Assembly: GCA_009103225.1 (NCBI GenBank)
Contig: RHPI01002990.1
Location: 494,781-547,366 of the forward strand
Source: Chlorokybus atmophyticus
Taxonomy: Eukaryota; Plantae; Mesostigma and Chlorokybus algae
Length of the DNA stretch: 52,586 nt
Direction: 5' to 3'
The notes below the pieces were generated by a model. That model was given only the letters and a program-made list of their open reading frames with translations. It had not been told where the DNA came from and did not search any database. How positions within the stretch are numbered: position 1 is the stretch's first letter; every line of letters starts with the position of its first letter. Position numbers and translations under genes: made by a program. Shown one piece after another: positions 24,553 through 38,234 of the stretch.

Positions 24553-25305
24553 GCGCCGCAGGCTCAACGGTCTCCCCCTTCCCCCTGTTGGCCTAACTCG
24601 CTATGTCTCGCCCCTGCGCCAATGTGCCGCCGCCGCCGCCGCCGCAACCCGGCTGCCACTGCCAGCAGCTATCTGGGCTAACTGATGGCTTGATCTCAAA
24701 TCAATGATCTCGCTGACCTGAGAAGACGAGAGGTGTACCAGGTTGTGGTCCACTTGCGCAAGGCTGGTTCATAGGATTCAAGTCTACAGTAGGTGTAGGT
24801 TCATGAAAGTCATTCCTCGTGGCTACATCAGAGGTCATCACTGTGCTCTGCTGCTGCTGCTGCTGTTGCTGTGCAGTGTGTCATGGGTGCGCACTCTCAG
24901 TCAAACGACCACATTGAGCGCCACTAGCAGGCCACAGCACTGTGCTGGTGGTAAGTCCGCGAACAGTGCTTCACTGGGCAAACAGACATGTACAACAAGT
25001 CATCTTCATGACACAATCGAAACTGGTCAGATCCTCGAGCAGTGCTTCACTGGGCAAAGAGACATGTACGACAAGTCGTCTCCATGATCGCTGTGTATAA
25101 ACCAAAACTCATCTCATGCTGTGCAGAATTGCATTCCATTCTCTGTATGAAACAAGGCCATGAACAAACAGGAAACTACCGGCTGCCGATACACATTTCC
25201 CCGCTTCAGTGCAAGCAACTAATCCCTTTCCCTCGCGCGCGCTCTGTCTCTAGTTCCCAACTCCAATATGCATCAACCAAGCAACAACTAATGTCCAGTC
25301 TACAC

Positions 25306-28039
25306 TTACAGTTCTAACAAGCGCAGCTCAATCATGCCTTCTCTCCTGAGAGGCGAGTACCACGCCACGACGCGCATGGCGCCTTTGCTGCCAGGCACAA
25401 TGCTTTCTACACTGTAGCCGAGCTCAACGAGGCGTGGCTGACCCACAATGTTGCTGTCATCAGCGGCGTGGGTCTTGTTGTCCAAGTCGAACTGCGCTTC
25501 CACCTGTGCGCGCACGGGACCGAACAGCTGCTGCTGCACGCTTGCTGTGAGCGTGCGTCGCCGCGTGGTCCCGCTCCACAGCGTGGTAATGCTGTCCGCA
25601 TCAGCCGAAGCAGCCAAACCATTGGCAAAACTCCGGCCTGTTCGCATCGAGTCAATTGCATCCGACACCGCTGCTATTGAAGAACACGCGTCTACTCTGA
25701 CCGACACCGCTGTGAAGTCCAAAATCGGCCTTGAGAAGTGTCCGAGCTGAGCGCCAAACCCGACCGATGCAAAGACTCCTGTTGAGAGCTCCGGATACCC
25801 ATCGTTAGTCGATGAAAGCAACCTGCTTTTACCGGGAGGCTCAAAGTGACTGCGCATGTTGGATTTGCTGAGGTTAATTGGGCTTCGAGCCAACGCGCCA
25901 ACAACGGCGCCATAGCTTATGCCTGGAGGTGTGACGAGTAAGCTGTAAGGTGGCTCTGTTTTCTTGCGCCAGCGCCGGAGGTTGAAAGCGCCCTTGCGCT
26001 CGATGGTGACTGCGGCTTGAGCGTGCGTGGGAGAAGTGGGTTGCAACTGCAGATGTTGCTGTGGCGTGCATTGGTTGTGTACGTGTGCGTGTGATCGGCG
26101 AGGCGGCGCCAGCACGCCCTCCGGCAAGTTGAGGCTGCTTTCGTACCCGTCGGAGGCCGGTTGCAAGTGGTACACGCCGGCCTTGTAACGGATGCCCCAT
26201 GCGTTGCGCTGCGACGCGATGCTGCCGGCAAGAAGCCGCGGCACATCTTGGTAACAACCACTCGCGTCCATGAAGCGACTGTTCCAGACTGCGTCCAGCA
26301 CCACCGCGTGCTTTGGCAACTGTTCAAAGGAACACATTGTGTGAGACAGTGTGCAATGCTTGCGCATATAGATCCCTCACGGTGGTGTACATGAATGTTG
26401 TGCAAAGGTGACTCGCGTCCAACACTACAACATGCTTGCCGCTGCATGCATGGGACATGAGCTTATGTGAGAACGGACACTGCTTTTGCTTAGGAGAGAC
26501 CTTTGCAACTGTATCAATGTATACCTCGCGTCGTAACCGTATCTTTGCGCGCACGGCAGACATCAACCGTCCGAGGTGGGATGCATTGGAAGGCGTGGAG
26601 AGTCCGCCGAGAGACGGCAGCTCCGCGCTCCCACTGGCTGTTGTCCATTGGCCGAGGGCAAGCCGGCCCCTTGTTGATAAGCTGTACAAGGAGGGATCAC
26701 TCAAAACCTGCAAGCGCAACAGTTGTTGTAAGTACTGGCATTATGGATCATGCTTGTGGACATATGGGATGCAACGTAGGAAGGCGTTGCATATGTGTCT
26801 AAGGGGGCTGACCTGCCATGTTGATGGTCCTGTGTCCCAATTGGGTTGAAACCTTCGTCTCCAGGCTTGCTGCAGGCACATGCGGCCGAGAACTGTAAAC
26901 CACCTGTGATTTGCAACAAGACTGTTCCACGCAACATACAGCAGGCTGTAGCCAACCAGCACGCACAGCAGCAGTATATCTGCATGACACTTGTGTCCCA
27001 CATGAACGCACCAAGCCGATCCGCCAATAGCAGCAAGCGCACGGTCCACAACGACTCCCCTAATGCCATCAACAGCAGGCACAACAGGCAACAGCGGATA
27101 GCGATGCTGCATCAAAATCAACTGTTGTGATCGAACTAGTCGCGGGCCCTGCAACAGCCTTGCTTAATAGGATCATAAAGTTTCAGACTAATGCACATAT
27201 GCATGTACTTGCTACAGTGCTTTTGCGAAATTATTCAGCAGTTATGACACTGCTAGTAACAAGCCAACTACTATGTAGCTTACAAAGACTGTGCACCACA
27301 ACTCGAAAGCATTTCATGCGCTGTGGTTGGCTCGCTATGCCGCCAGGTGATGTCACAAGCAGCATGTCATACATCATTCATGATATGCATGATGACACAG
27401 GTACTACTGAGTACTCACCTGCAACGTGCGCAGTCTGCTTGCGCTGTTGTCGCCCGGCATGCGCAAAACCTCCCCATCCAGGCTGCTTGCACTTGCTATG
27501 CCGTCATTCCAAAACTGCAGGAAATCGCTCAGTTAAGATTATCACGCATACGATTGAATATAATGAATTATCAAACCTTGCAACTCCTTGGAAGCACAAT
27601 GAGGATAACCGTGCATATGATTGTTTATACTCGCTGCTGACTTTGATGTGATCAACCCTGCTGCACCACCTTTTCTGACTGTTATCATGAATTGACTCAG
27701 TACTTGCTTTCGGTGTTGGTGCACTTCTTGACTTAAGAGCAGCTTCAGTTGTTGTTCGTGTAAGCTCACCAGTGCCACGAATGCAACCTGATTAAGCCAG
27801 CTTGCATTCAATGATGGTAGTTGTTTGTGCCTGTCACACTCTACAAACCACGGCACACGAAGCAGCTGACTGCTGGACGTGCACGAAGCATGTTCGAGCA
27901 TACAGCCTTGCGGTGGTCGAGATCAGTACAATATTTGAACACCCTAAACACGCCCATCATGGTCCAAGCGTTGACCCAACAAGCAGTTTCAACTCGCCTG
28001 GCCATTGAGGGCGCCGTCCACAGCCGGCGCCCGCGCCAT
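25306..28039 (-). CDS. TGD4/LPTD1-family chloroplast outer-envelope lipid-transfer protein, 6 exons
   Basis: Spliced N-terminus MARAPAVDGALNGQ|FWNDGIASASSLDGEVLRMPG..RLVRSQQL..YPL; middle DPSLYSL..LPKHAVVLDAVW..FMD..GCYQDVP; C-terminus LGHFSRPILDFT..SVQQQLFGPVRA..VVAWYSPLRREGMIELRLLEL*. These match remembered motifs of Arabidopsis TGD4 and At2g44640. Confidence 0.85.
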
Positions 28040-28348
28040 CGCAGGCGCAGCGTCAAAGCCACAGAGGCAGAGCAGGAAGGCCAAACCCTCCCTCCTGCAA
28101 GCCTAACTACTACTGCTGCTGCTCCACCTGTGCCCGCACGTCCGCCGCTGCCGCCTGGCCATGGCTCAGAGTGGCGGTGCTCAGCACTGACACGAGTGCT
28201 CAAGCGAACCCTAACTTGTGCAAGTGTGTGCTTGCCTCTGGTGTTGTTGTTATTGACGCTTGCTAATTGAAGCTGAGCTGAAATGCCATTTAGCTGTGCT
28301 CCGTAACATGCTTGACAACCGTGACGTAAACAAGCTGCTGGAGAGGTC

Positions 28349-30687
28349 ATGGACGCCAGCGATGTGGTGCGCACACTCTCATGCACATACACGCAAAGCA
28401 CGCTCTTAGTTGCCGTTGCTCCCTGCAAGATGTACTGTGCGCTGCTTTCAGCAGCAATCTGAAAACAATGCACAAGCTAGCTGGCCACAGGCTGTATGCC
28501 TGACCACTGCTCATTGAAATAGGCAGACTGACTCACAGACTGCTGGCAATTGTTGGTCTGGTGCTTTGCAGAGGAGGCGGGAGATTGCACTGCTGCGTGC
28601 TGAGGTTGATGAGATGCGCGCAAGGCTGGCCGAAGCTCAAGCAGAGCAGCCCGCAAAGCCTTCGCTCGAGGCAATGTGGGTGTTAGTCATTGTTGATTAG
28701 CAAGCGTCGGTCACGTACACATAAAGCATACTTTGCATTGCTGCAAAGCCATGCATGGCATTACTATTTGAACAGGTGTGTCAAGTAATAGTCAACTGCT
28801 TCAAAAACACTGTGGCTGTGTAGGGCATTGCAGTGTAGTCTAACTTGATGTTGCTTGCTTTGCAATGCGATGGCCAGGGATGGGCAGCTGCTTGTCATGA
28901 GTGATAGGACGTTTGAGGAGGACACTCAGCGGGATGCGCAGAGTCAGCAACCGCAGTCGGATGCTGAAAAGCTGTTTCGCCGCAAGGTAAGGGCCTCCAA
29001 GCATGTTCAACAAGCTTGCACAAGCTAACACATGCTGCGCATGTGCATGTGCCAGCTAGTGTGAAGGTTGTTCAAAGCCAGTACACGGGCACAAGTCAAT
29101 CGCATGTATGTATGCATGCATGAGGTTATGTCTGTGCAACAAGCTTGAATTATCTGTCACTCGTGCGTGTAAACGCGCATCATGCGTTGACGGCGAAAGT
29201 CGCATAAGTTCCAACACAACAACATGAATCCTGGCTGCATTCTCTGTGCAGATTTTAGCACAGGCAGCTTTCACGCGATTGGAGATAACGCTCGCACGAA
29301 GCTGGCCGTTACCGCCATCCAACCACGACAGAGAAGACGCTTCATCACTGCAGCAGACAGAAGTGTGCGGCCGCTCGTGTGGGCTGCCTTTTCGCCTGTG
29401 CATAACCGTTGAGCATTCAGAGGGTTCAGCCGAGGGCGAGTCCGCTGCCGGGGCAATTGCTGACAGCCGCGCGAGTGTGGTGAAGCTCGAGGTGGATGTG
29501 ACTGCGCCTCCACGCGTGCAGGAGGAACTAAGGCCTCTACTTGAAGGGTATGATCACGTGCAGGACACGACAGCGTCAAGTACATGCATGTATCAAGGCA
29601 AGTATGCATGGGTGCATGCATGTCGGCATATGAAAGTGATTTGTGAATGACGCACACGTACACACAAGCGCGTTATATGCGCCTGTGTGGGCGCGTGCAT
29701 GCGCGTGTGGGTGTCCATCTCTTAGAGTGCTCGTACACGTAGGTTGTGTCAATATGTGTCTACCTGTATGATGAGGCTTACCACTTGATGCGCCATTGCA
29801 CATGTACACGAACCTATGCATGTATTATGGTGATTGCAGTGTAAGGAGCAACCGGTCTCTTCGAGCTTTCTTCCGCGGGTTTGCGTCGTACACGCGCTTC
29901 GTATGGTTGAGGTCCCACACATTCAGGTAGCAGTTGCGCGAAGTCTCCTTCATACAATTGAGCCAACTCAAAAGTGGCTTGTCACAGGCATCTTCTCACG
30001 TCATGGAGCAGCTGGGACTTCAGGCCTAGCACCTCCACTGGCATCGCGCGCACCACTGTGCTGGAAATGGAGAATGCGGATACTGGGTATGTTGTGGCGC
30101 AGCTGGAGTTGATGTTCTGCTTCTCAACTTGCAACCCAACAGTGAAGCCATCGACTTTTGTTCATGTTCACGTGCCCTGGCTCATGCCGTTTCATTTCAT
30201 CACCTCAGCCGTCTGTGCACAGCTTTTTGTACTTGCTTGTTGCTGAGTTGGGTATTCAATCCACATATAGCTGCACCAACGCATTGAGCGCGCGTGCGTG
30301 CGTGCGAACCATGTCACCATCATTCACTTCACAGGGTGGCTCTCTGCTTGTCTTGGGCACTGGATTGCTCAGCCGAGGGATTTGTTAAGCAGAGGGTTGA
30401 GCTCCTTCCAGGCCAATACCCTCAAGGTAAGTGCACCATTCCACAGTTACTACCATCACTTTCACAAAGCCGCATATTGCTGACTTCTGATTGCATATCC
30501 AGATGCGGCCGTGCCTTTCCAGAGTTTGGCCACTCGGTTCCAAGACATGTGTCTGATCGGCAGCGTCCAGGCCGCTGTGGATGCTGTATTGGATGCCCTC
30601 ACTGACGATACACTAGATGGTAGTGCTGTTGACCGCAAAAGGTTGAAAGGAAGGCCCGCAAGGGAGTCTATTGCAATTGATGCGTAG
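28349..30687 (+). CDS. CENPP: CENP-P/Ctf19-like kinetochore protein (coiled coil plus tandem RWD), 319 aa, 8 exons
   Basis: Exons 28349-28366, 28572-28675, 28908-28986, 29252-29547, 29840-29926, 29988-30086, 30335-30426 and 30503-30687 join in phase with no stops. Colinear blocks resemble human CENP-P as remembered: LQQTEVCGRSCGLPFRL ~ LQRHRLSGNCHMVTFQL; EELRPLLEGVRSNRSLRAFFRGFASYTRFVWLRSHTFRHL ~ SELSEFVSRAEERKDLFMFFRSLHFFVEWFEYRKRTFKHL; LCLSWALDCSAEGFVKQRVELL ~ LVIVWRIQIDEDGKVFPKLDLL; FQDMCLIGSVQAAVDAVLDAL ~ FRTLVGLLGIEAALESLIKSL. Confidence 0.75.
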
Positions 30688-31868
30688 ATCAACTGCACTT
30701 TGGGATCCACATGAGACGGCTGTACTGTTATATAATGTATCATTGTGATATACTGTGAGCTCGAGTGCGGTTGCATGCTATGCATTGGAACTACTGGACA
30801 TCCTGTACTACACATACATGATGCCGAAGCAACTTCCATATAGTCGCGGGTGTGCATGTTCCACCTGATTCTTCATGATAAGGATTTGCTGACTCACTGT
30901 TGCGGCTAACAGCTAAAGACGTCGGGTGACTACGGTCATGTGGATTGACAACAATTTGATGATATGCACACATAGGGTAGTTTATATGTAAGGGGCCAGA
31001 ACGAGACTAGTAGTACAAGTAGACAAGCAAACACAGTGCATTACAGGCCGCAAACACAAGCAGCAACCGGCAACTTAGCTATACAAAGCTAGGGGGCTGG
31101 GTTGAATGTGCGGCATGAGATGAAGGCAGCAGCAGGAGAGCGGAGCACGGGCTGGTACCTGCGGCAGAGCACAGGAGAGTAGAGGAGGGAGAGTTGGGCC
31201 CTCGACCATGAGCTGGACAGTGCTGATGCGGACTTGACAACCAGCCCCCGCGCCGCCATTGGATCCGAATGCTCCTTAACCACGTGCCAAGTGCCAGTGA
31301 TTTGCCGAGCCTCGCCCACTATTCTGAAGCAGCACAAAGGAAACCTGCCGGTCACAGAAGAAAGCAAGTGCATAGACAAAGCTGAAGAGTGCAAAGGTGT
31401 CCGCGCATAAACAAAGCAGTCAATACAATCCAACACAAGCAATCATAAACAACGGGACGCAAGCAAGGCAGACAAATCAAGGGGGCCCAGAGCAGCGCTA
31501 GCTAGACAACAAACTCAGCCGTAGATGCGGTCAGTGTAAGCGCCATACGTAGTTCCTTGTCCTGACGTTAATTGAAGGTGATGCAGCGAGATGTTGAATC
31601 TAGCCCTGTAAGCCAATCTGTAACCCAAGCAAACAACAAACTAGAAAACGATACAACCTACAGACATACACATGTACCAATATAAAACAGAAAAGCATCA
31701 GCCACAAGTACACGATGCACATCCGCCCAATTCACACTCCTGCTTGCGAGCTCAATCATTATAAGTGTTGTGTGTTGGTGGTGAGTGGCGGACACAGGCA
31801 GACCAGGTCAGCTTCAAATCATTACATACAAAAGCAATAGCCTACAGCATCCAACTGGCCAGCAGCAA

Positions 31869-34800
31869 TCATGCATTCGCAATAATGTCATGCACAATGT
31901 CGCAAACTGCTGGGTCTTCCGCTCTGGCTGACAGCTTCATGGCTACATTCTTTGATGCATCCATGCCAAACTGCAGCCGGACGAGCACCTGCAACACCAC
32001 AAGGTCAGCAAAGAGCTTCCAATACGGGACGCAGCAGCAAGCGCAAGGCACAGGCTGCAACACTAAACAACATCATCAAACTTGAAGTCGAGTTAGAACA
32101 TGACACACTGCCTGCCAGCAAGTGACAACGTTACCTGAACGTTGCCGACAAAAACTCCCGCAAGCAATGTGGTGTGGGAGCGTGCATTGGCAGGGACAAC
32201 TTCGGTGCTCTCCACAGGCTGCATGCCGAGGATGGCCATCACGGCCTCCACGGCTTCTTGCAATGCCTCCCGCGGGCCGATGCCGTACTCGTCAACCTTC
32301 TCATTCTCCTCCGGCAGAGCCTCCCACGCAACGCGGAAGTTTGGCACTGGCACTTTTCTGATGTAATCTGTCGTGGAGACTTCCAGATCCTCCAGCTGGT
32401 ACTCGTCCTCATAGCCGTCCTCCTCCACATCACCTGTGGAGGGGTCGACCTCTTTGATCTTGAACTTCAACACGTTGATGAACTTGCCAACGGAACAGCT
32501 GCCAGCGGGCCGTTTCAGGCACACGTATATCTGGCCGGGCTCTCCATAGGGCATTCTGGCCAGCGGAACGGACGACTCCTCTTCGAACTCCTCTGCCTCG
32601 GCCAGGTCCATGATGACCTGGACCTTCTCCAGCACCTGCTCCTGGATGGTGTTGGTGCAGTTGAACTGGAACACGATGTGGGACGGGAAGACATGCTTGA
32701 TGCAGCTGACGTTGTACTCGGTCTCTGCCTCTGTCAATGGCACCGATGGGGAGGACTTGAACAGCGCGCCCAAGTTAGCAAACTGCGGAATCTCCTTAAG
32801 CTTCGCCGCAGACTGGTCTGTTGTTGCTGCTGCGGGTGCAGCTGCGGCTCTGGCCGCAGCTGACTTCTCTGCGCGCTTGTCGCGCACGGGCTCCCGCTTC
32901 TCCGTCGACACAACCGACACGCTGGTGATGTCAAACGGCTTCTCGTTGGGTTTGTAGTCTTTGAGGGCGGCTTCCAGGTTGTTCAACGGGCAAGGCAAGG
33001 GGTCCAATATCACGGACTTGATATCACGCGCAGCCACGGTGATGCCGTCCTGCAGCATGTCCAAGAAAATAGTGGCTCTATCACGCACTTCATCATCATT
33101 GTCAAACAGGCAACGCTTCAGGAGAAGTATGACGCGGGGCTTGAGGCTGTCGACAAGTGCCCCAAAGCGCGCCAGCGAGCTCACGGCAGCAGCGCGCACA
33201 GTTGCATTCTCCAACACAACCCTGTTGTAGATGTAGCGAATGTACTTGCTGGGGTCCACAGTTTTTGGGCCTTGATCTCCAAGTAGATGCAGTATCTGCA
33301 GCAAGACGCAAGAGACAGCGTCACAAGGTTAGTGTTGGAGGTAGTGCAAGGACTGGTGCTGAACGCGCATATTGCAGTGAATGGGGCGTGACGGTACCTG
33401 AGTAGACAGGTATGTGAACTCGCAGTCCTCAATGAACTCGCAAAGGTGCGACAGGCCACTTTCTTTTGCTTCAGGGATCTCTCGAATCAAGATGAGGATA
33501 GAATCCACAATCGCCTTCTTGTACTCAAACCCGCCTTCTTCCCGCAGGATGTTACTCAAGAAGTTCATCCTGTACCACACACTATTAGTCAGCGCATAAC
33601 CATGTTGCAGCAGCGCGACTCATACTGCATTGCAAAACACCAACAGTCTAACTTCAACAATGACTAAGCACCGTTAGGTGGACGATAACGACCACAGTGC
33701 CAAACTAAATGCGAAACACACACAAATCTGCTACGCCTTACGTACATTGTGCGATACTTCTGAGGGAACTTCAAGCACATGGCGCGTATCGCCTCCACGA
33801 CCACAATCTTGAACTCGTCAGCAATGTCGCTCATGAAGTTGCTGATCTGCTTCATGAGGCGGTCCACTCCTGACTCGTTGCCTGTCTTCAGCAGAGTGGT
33901 GATGGCCAGAGTGGCAATGCTACGGTTCTGGTCGGAAATGAGTGTCTCCATGTCAATGTTGCAATTTGTCACTGCTGCCGGGTGCGTCATGGCCACCTGC
34001 AGCAGAAGTCAGCCATCCTGCATCGCCCTGCTCCACAACACACCATTACAAATACTGTGTGTTGTGTCCTGAAAAATTGATACCTTGTTGAGCGTTCGCA
34101 CTGCTGCAAACCGCAGCACTGGCTTTGAGGAGCTTAGGAACAACTGCAGCACTGTGATTGCAGGGGACAGCTCCCGCTGCGTGACATCCGGCAAATCTGT
34201 GATAGCGCGAGCGGCCTCAAATATCACCATCTCACTCTTGTGACGCAAGCAGCCCTCCAGAAAGTCATAGAAAGGACGGTCCCCTGTTGCAGGTGCTTGA
34301 CTTTCTTCAATAACCTGTGGGTGCCACCAAGAGCAGCCATCAGTCAGTCTTGGTCAAGCTTTCCAATGCCTTGCGAATGTGGTTGCAATGTGCCTTACCT
34401 GGCTAGTGTATCTGATAAGCAGACACTGTGCCATGGGGGATCGCACCGCTCCTCGCGTCAAGCTTGTGACCAACTTGCTTACTGCAAGCCTATCATGTTG
34501 GCGGATCTGTGCAGTCGTAGATATGTTAGGGCGGAAGTCATATACAGGGCTGCAGCGCTGTCAGCAGCCAGTCGCATACCCGCTAATGCCAGCTACAGCA
34601 CACCTGATGAAGCAGCGCCAGCGCATGAAACTGAACCATAGCAGACTTGGAGTGCACAGCCTCTTGCACTTCATTGCTCCATCTCCGCACGATTTCGGGA
34701 TTGTTCTGCAAGCAGAGAAGCACAGGTCTGTGGCTGGACTGGGCTTTGACCTGCAAGTCTTACAAATCAAAAATACAATACCTGCAAGAGATGGATGCCA

Positions 34801-36086
34801 CTGACAAGGGCAGCACTGGCAACAGCTGCGTTCTTATCAACCAGCGCCTGCTTCAGATACCGCTCTATTTGGGCAAGCAAACCTCCATCTGTAATTTGGC
34901 ACAGCACTCGGATAGCGTTGGCACGGTAAAGATCATTCTTGCTGTTCATGTCCTTCATGAGCGAACTGGTGACGATGATGACCTGCGCATGTATCAAGTC
35001 TAGTGTTACTGCTTCTGTGTGGACACTCCGCACACACCGTCTATAAGCACACTTGGCAACTGCAGCGTACCTCATCTGACGATGGGGATATCTCCTTGAT
35101 CATCAGGTACATCATGCGCCGCAACGAGACATCTTTGGATTGAAATAATTTGGTCACAGCGAAGAACACCTCTGTAGCCTCAGTCTGCTCAGCATCACAG
35201 TCTGCTCAGCGACTTGTACCATAGCCAGCAAACAACCAGACAACATGCATTGCAGCTATGGAGCTCAGATATCACTCATACCGTCGAGTTGCACGCATTG
35301 TTCATTAAGTTACCTTTGTGAATGTGTCCCCTTGGTTGAGAAGGTAGAGCAACTTTGTGATGACCTGCCATTCCAATGCATTGTAAGCGCATCTGATCAC
35401 CAAGGCATGATGCATATGTCCAAGTGTGGTATGCATACCTGTGCACAACGGCGAGCGTCCAGCTGAGGATCGTGAAAAATGCGGGACTCCTGCAGCACGG
35501 CACCTTTCTCGATACCCCAGAAAGGTGAGTATTCAGCTGCCGCAACAACACAGGCTTAGTTCAAGCATGATGGAGACCGCGTATACACGCACTGGTTGCT
35601 ACAATCATCAAGACGGTATACAAGTGCTGAAAACGACACAACCCTAACATGCAGTGCAAAACTCATGCCACCCCGTTAAGGGTCTCGTCACGCAACACAA
35701 CAAAACGAAATGCATCGGCAGCAAAACAACACAAGACAGCACACACTGCATATCAGATAACAACGAGTCACAAACTCTACACAATGCAGCATGCACTTAT
35801 GTAACATTAACTTGCAAGCTCAGGACAGCGCCAGCTGCATATTAGCACAACCTTGTCCTGTCAGGCCACGATCAAAACAGCACAAACCAATGGCATCACC
35901 TCAGCGACGCATGAGAATCTAGTAAACGACAGCCAGCGTAATGCAAAAGTTGGGGTGGATAGCACATGTGACAGTGATGGCTGATGGACCAAGCAAATCG
36001 GACAAACAGGCATGATCAAAGCACGCACTTTCATCCTCCCGATCCTCGTCTTTCTGCTTCAAATCCTGTCGGGGTGTGCTCGCCAT
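31869..36086 (-). CDS. COPG: Coatomer subunit gamma (gamma-COP), about 12 exons
   Basis: [39 protein letters not shown]; [18 protein letters not shown]; [12 protein letters not shown]; [15 protein letters not shown]; [16 protein letters not shown]; [11 protein letters not shown]; [14 protein letters not shown]; [11 protein letters not shown]; [13 protein letters not shown]; [10 protein letters not shown]. Confidence 0.98.
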
Positions 36087-36642
36087 GGCTGCCAGAGCGA
36101 TGGAGTTGCCGTGGTGCGCCAGCACGTGGTTGTTGTAATGGTTGTTGGGAAGGGGTGGAGCCCAACCAGGCTTAGGGGAAGTGTAAACACCCCCCTCTGT
36201 CGGTGGAAAAGGAGGGCGCCTGGTGCGCCCACTACGCCCGCATTGTCAACCGACTCAAGGACCCCGTCCACGCCACCTCCACCACCGCCAACACCTCCAC
36301 CCCTCCTGCCCAGCGCTCTCGCATTAGGGTTTGGTCACAATGGTCTCAAAGCTGGTAGTTTGCATGCATTACAATGCATCGACTAGGCTTGCATGGGTTT
36401 ACTAATTGCCGTAATTCCAGCAGATGGCGTGCTCACGTAGAAGCCATTGCATATGCTTATCAGGAACATGATTATACGTAGGGCGTGTCCTGTTGACGTA
36501 ACCAGGACCTCAATTACGCAACGCGGCACACATGCGCGAGTTACTCTGTGGTGTTGCTGGCCGTGGCGGTGGCGGTGGCCGGGGCGGCGGCGGCCGTGGT
36601 GGTGGTGTGGGGCCCGAGAGACGCCTTATCGGCATAAGCACA

Positions 36643-37514
36643 ATGAGTGCTGTATGGAGGGCTTTGTCCAGCCGGCTGTTCTCTGCGGCGCGGTCTGCAG
36701 GGGTGCATTCTGGGTTTGGGTCTGCAGCGCATGAGGGTTTGGTAAGCAGCATAAGCTGTTGTTCCACCTCTTCCTCCACCTGGTCTTCTGCCGCCGCCTC
36801 CGCCGCAGCGTCTCAGCAACAGCGCGGCATGAGCGGCCTGGTCGTGGAGGTTAGGAATGACAACTTCGAGGGCGCTGCCAAGAGGCTGAAAAGGCTGCTT
36901 AAGGTAGGCGAAAGGTCCTGCCAACACTAAGTAAATACAACCCCAATACATCGCATTGTTTCGCTCTGTACATGTTTGCTGCTGGTGTACGCAACCTGCA
37001 TCGTGGAATGCGAGGATTGTAGTAATGTGTGCCAGATTTATTTGTTGTTGTTTCTTCGAACAGCAGTCATTGTTGTTACGTTGCTATTGTGCAAAACTGG
37101 CGCGTTCACGTGCATGCCTCTCCCATATTCTTCACCGTATGCTGTGTATATGCATAAGTGTCCAATTTGCGCAGTAAGCCTTTACTTCACCAGAGCCGAC
37201 ACGATTGTTGTGCCATGTAATAACTAGCCAGCATGCCATGATGGTGCCCACTATAGTCTCAATCTGATGAAGAATCTGCACATGTCTGTGTGCTTGATGT
37301 GTGTTGTTTTGTGTCGCTGCCAAAGGTGGAGGGCGTTATCAACCAGTTCAAGGAGCATCGATACTACATAAAGCCGTCAGAGCGCAAGCGCATAATGGCA
37401 AAAGAGCGGGACAAGCGCATAAGGCGAAGGCAGTTCAAGGCCAGCCTTCGGTACATCCTCGAACAGCGGGAGAGGTACTGCCTTGCCAACTCTCTTGGCA
37501 GAACACCACAATGA
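36643..37514 (+). CDS. Organellar (probably mitochondrial) ribosomal protein bS21-like; 3' end uncertain
   Basis: A presequence followed by GLVVEVRNDNFEGAAKRLKRLLK|VEGVINQFKEHRYYIKPSERKR, the bS21 signature. Exons 36643-36903 and 37326-37474 or beyond. Confidence 0.88.
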
Positions 37515-38234
37515 TTGTTCGACACAATGTTTAATCGTTGGTGGTATGCTTCATGTGCAGGGGGTACTGATTGCATAAGCGCGTCAGTGGAGGTGATGTA
37601 ATGCTGCATAGCATTATATCGCGTGGGATGCTCGCGCACGCATGATGTGGAGGTGTGGAACACAGGCCATCAACTTGTAAAATCTGGTTGGGTCCTGCAC
37701 ACGCTGTTCAGCTGGCAAAGAAGGCATGGCAGGCGCACAAACTGTGTTGCGGGTGGCAATGCAGGGTGTCCGCGTTGCCAGTTGATCATATTTTCAGTGC
37801 AAGCGGATGGATACTGTATGCGGTAAGCGCGTTGGACAGGAGGTGGGCAGGCATACACAGTGAAAACCTGAGGCTGTCATGTATGTGGTTTTGACTGCAG
37901 CATGCACACAGAGTTAGTCTTTTCAGTGTTAGGAAGTGACACAAGGTACATGCCTTCAAACTTGCACTGCACAAAATTGGTGCATTTTTGAACAATTAAC
38001 GAGGCTGGCTGAGCGAGTGGCGCTTACATCCAGTGCTGTCCAGTGTCACACATTGCCATATGTGTAGTTCATACAGCAACTTGCAACACCTGAGAGTATG
38101 CGAACTGCTCACACTCTTGACACTGCGAATGAGATTCTGGAAATTGCAGGTCATTGTGTTGACATTTAGACCACCATGCCACGCTCAATATACTGCTGGC
38201 AGACCATGGCTGAAGTACAACAATTTGCCAACAA

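Noticed and set aside
31089-31442. Possible small minus-strand gene (MAARGLVVK...) downstream of gamma-COP
   Set aside because: No recognisable family, and several incompatible splice options.
32122-33405. Long plus-strand ORFs, such as 32174-32863 (229 aa)
   Set aside because: They are antisense shadows of the GC3-rich gamma-COP exon.
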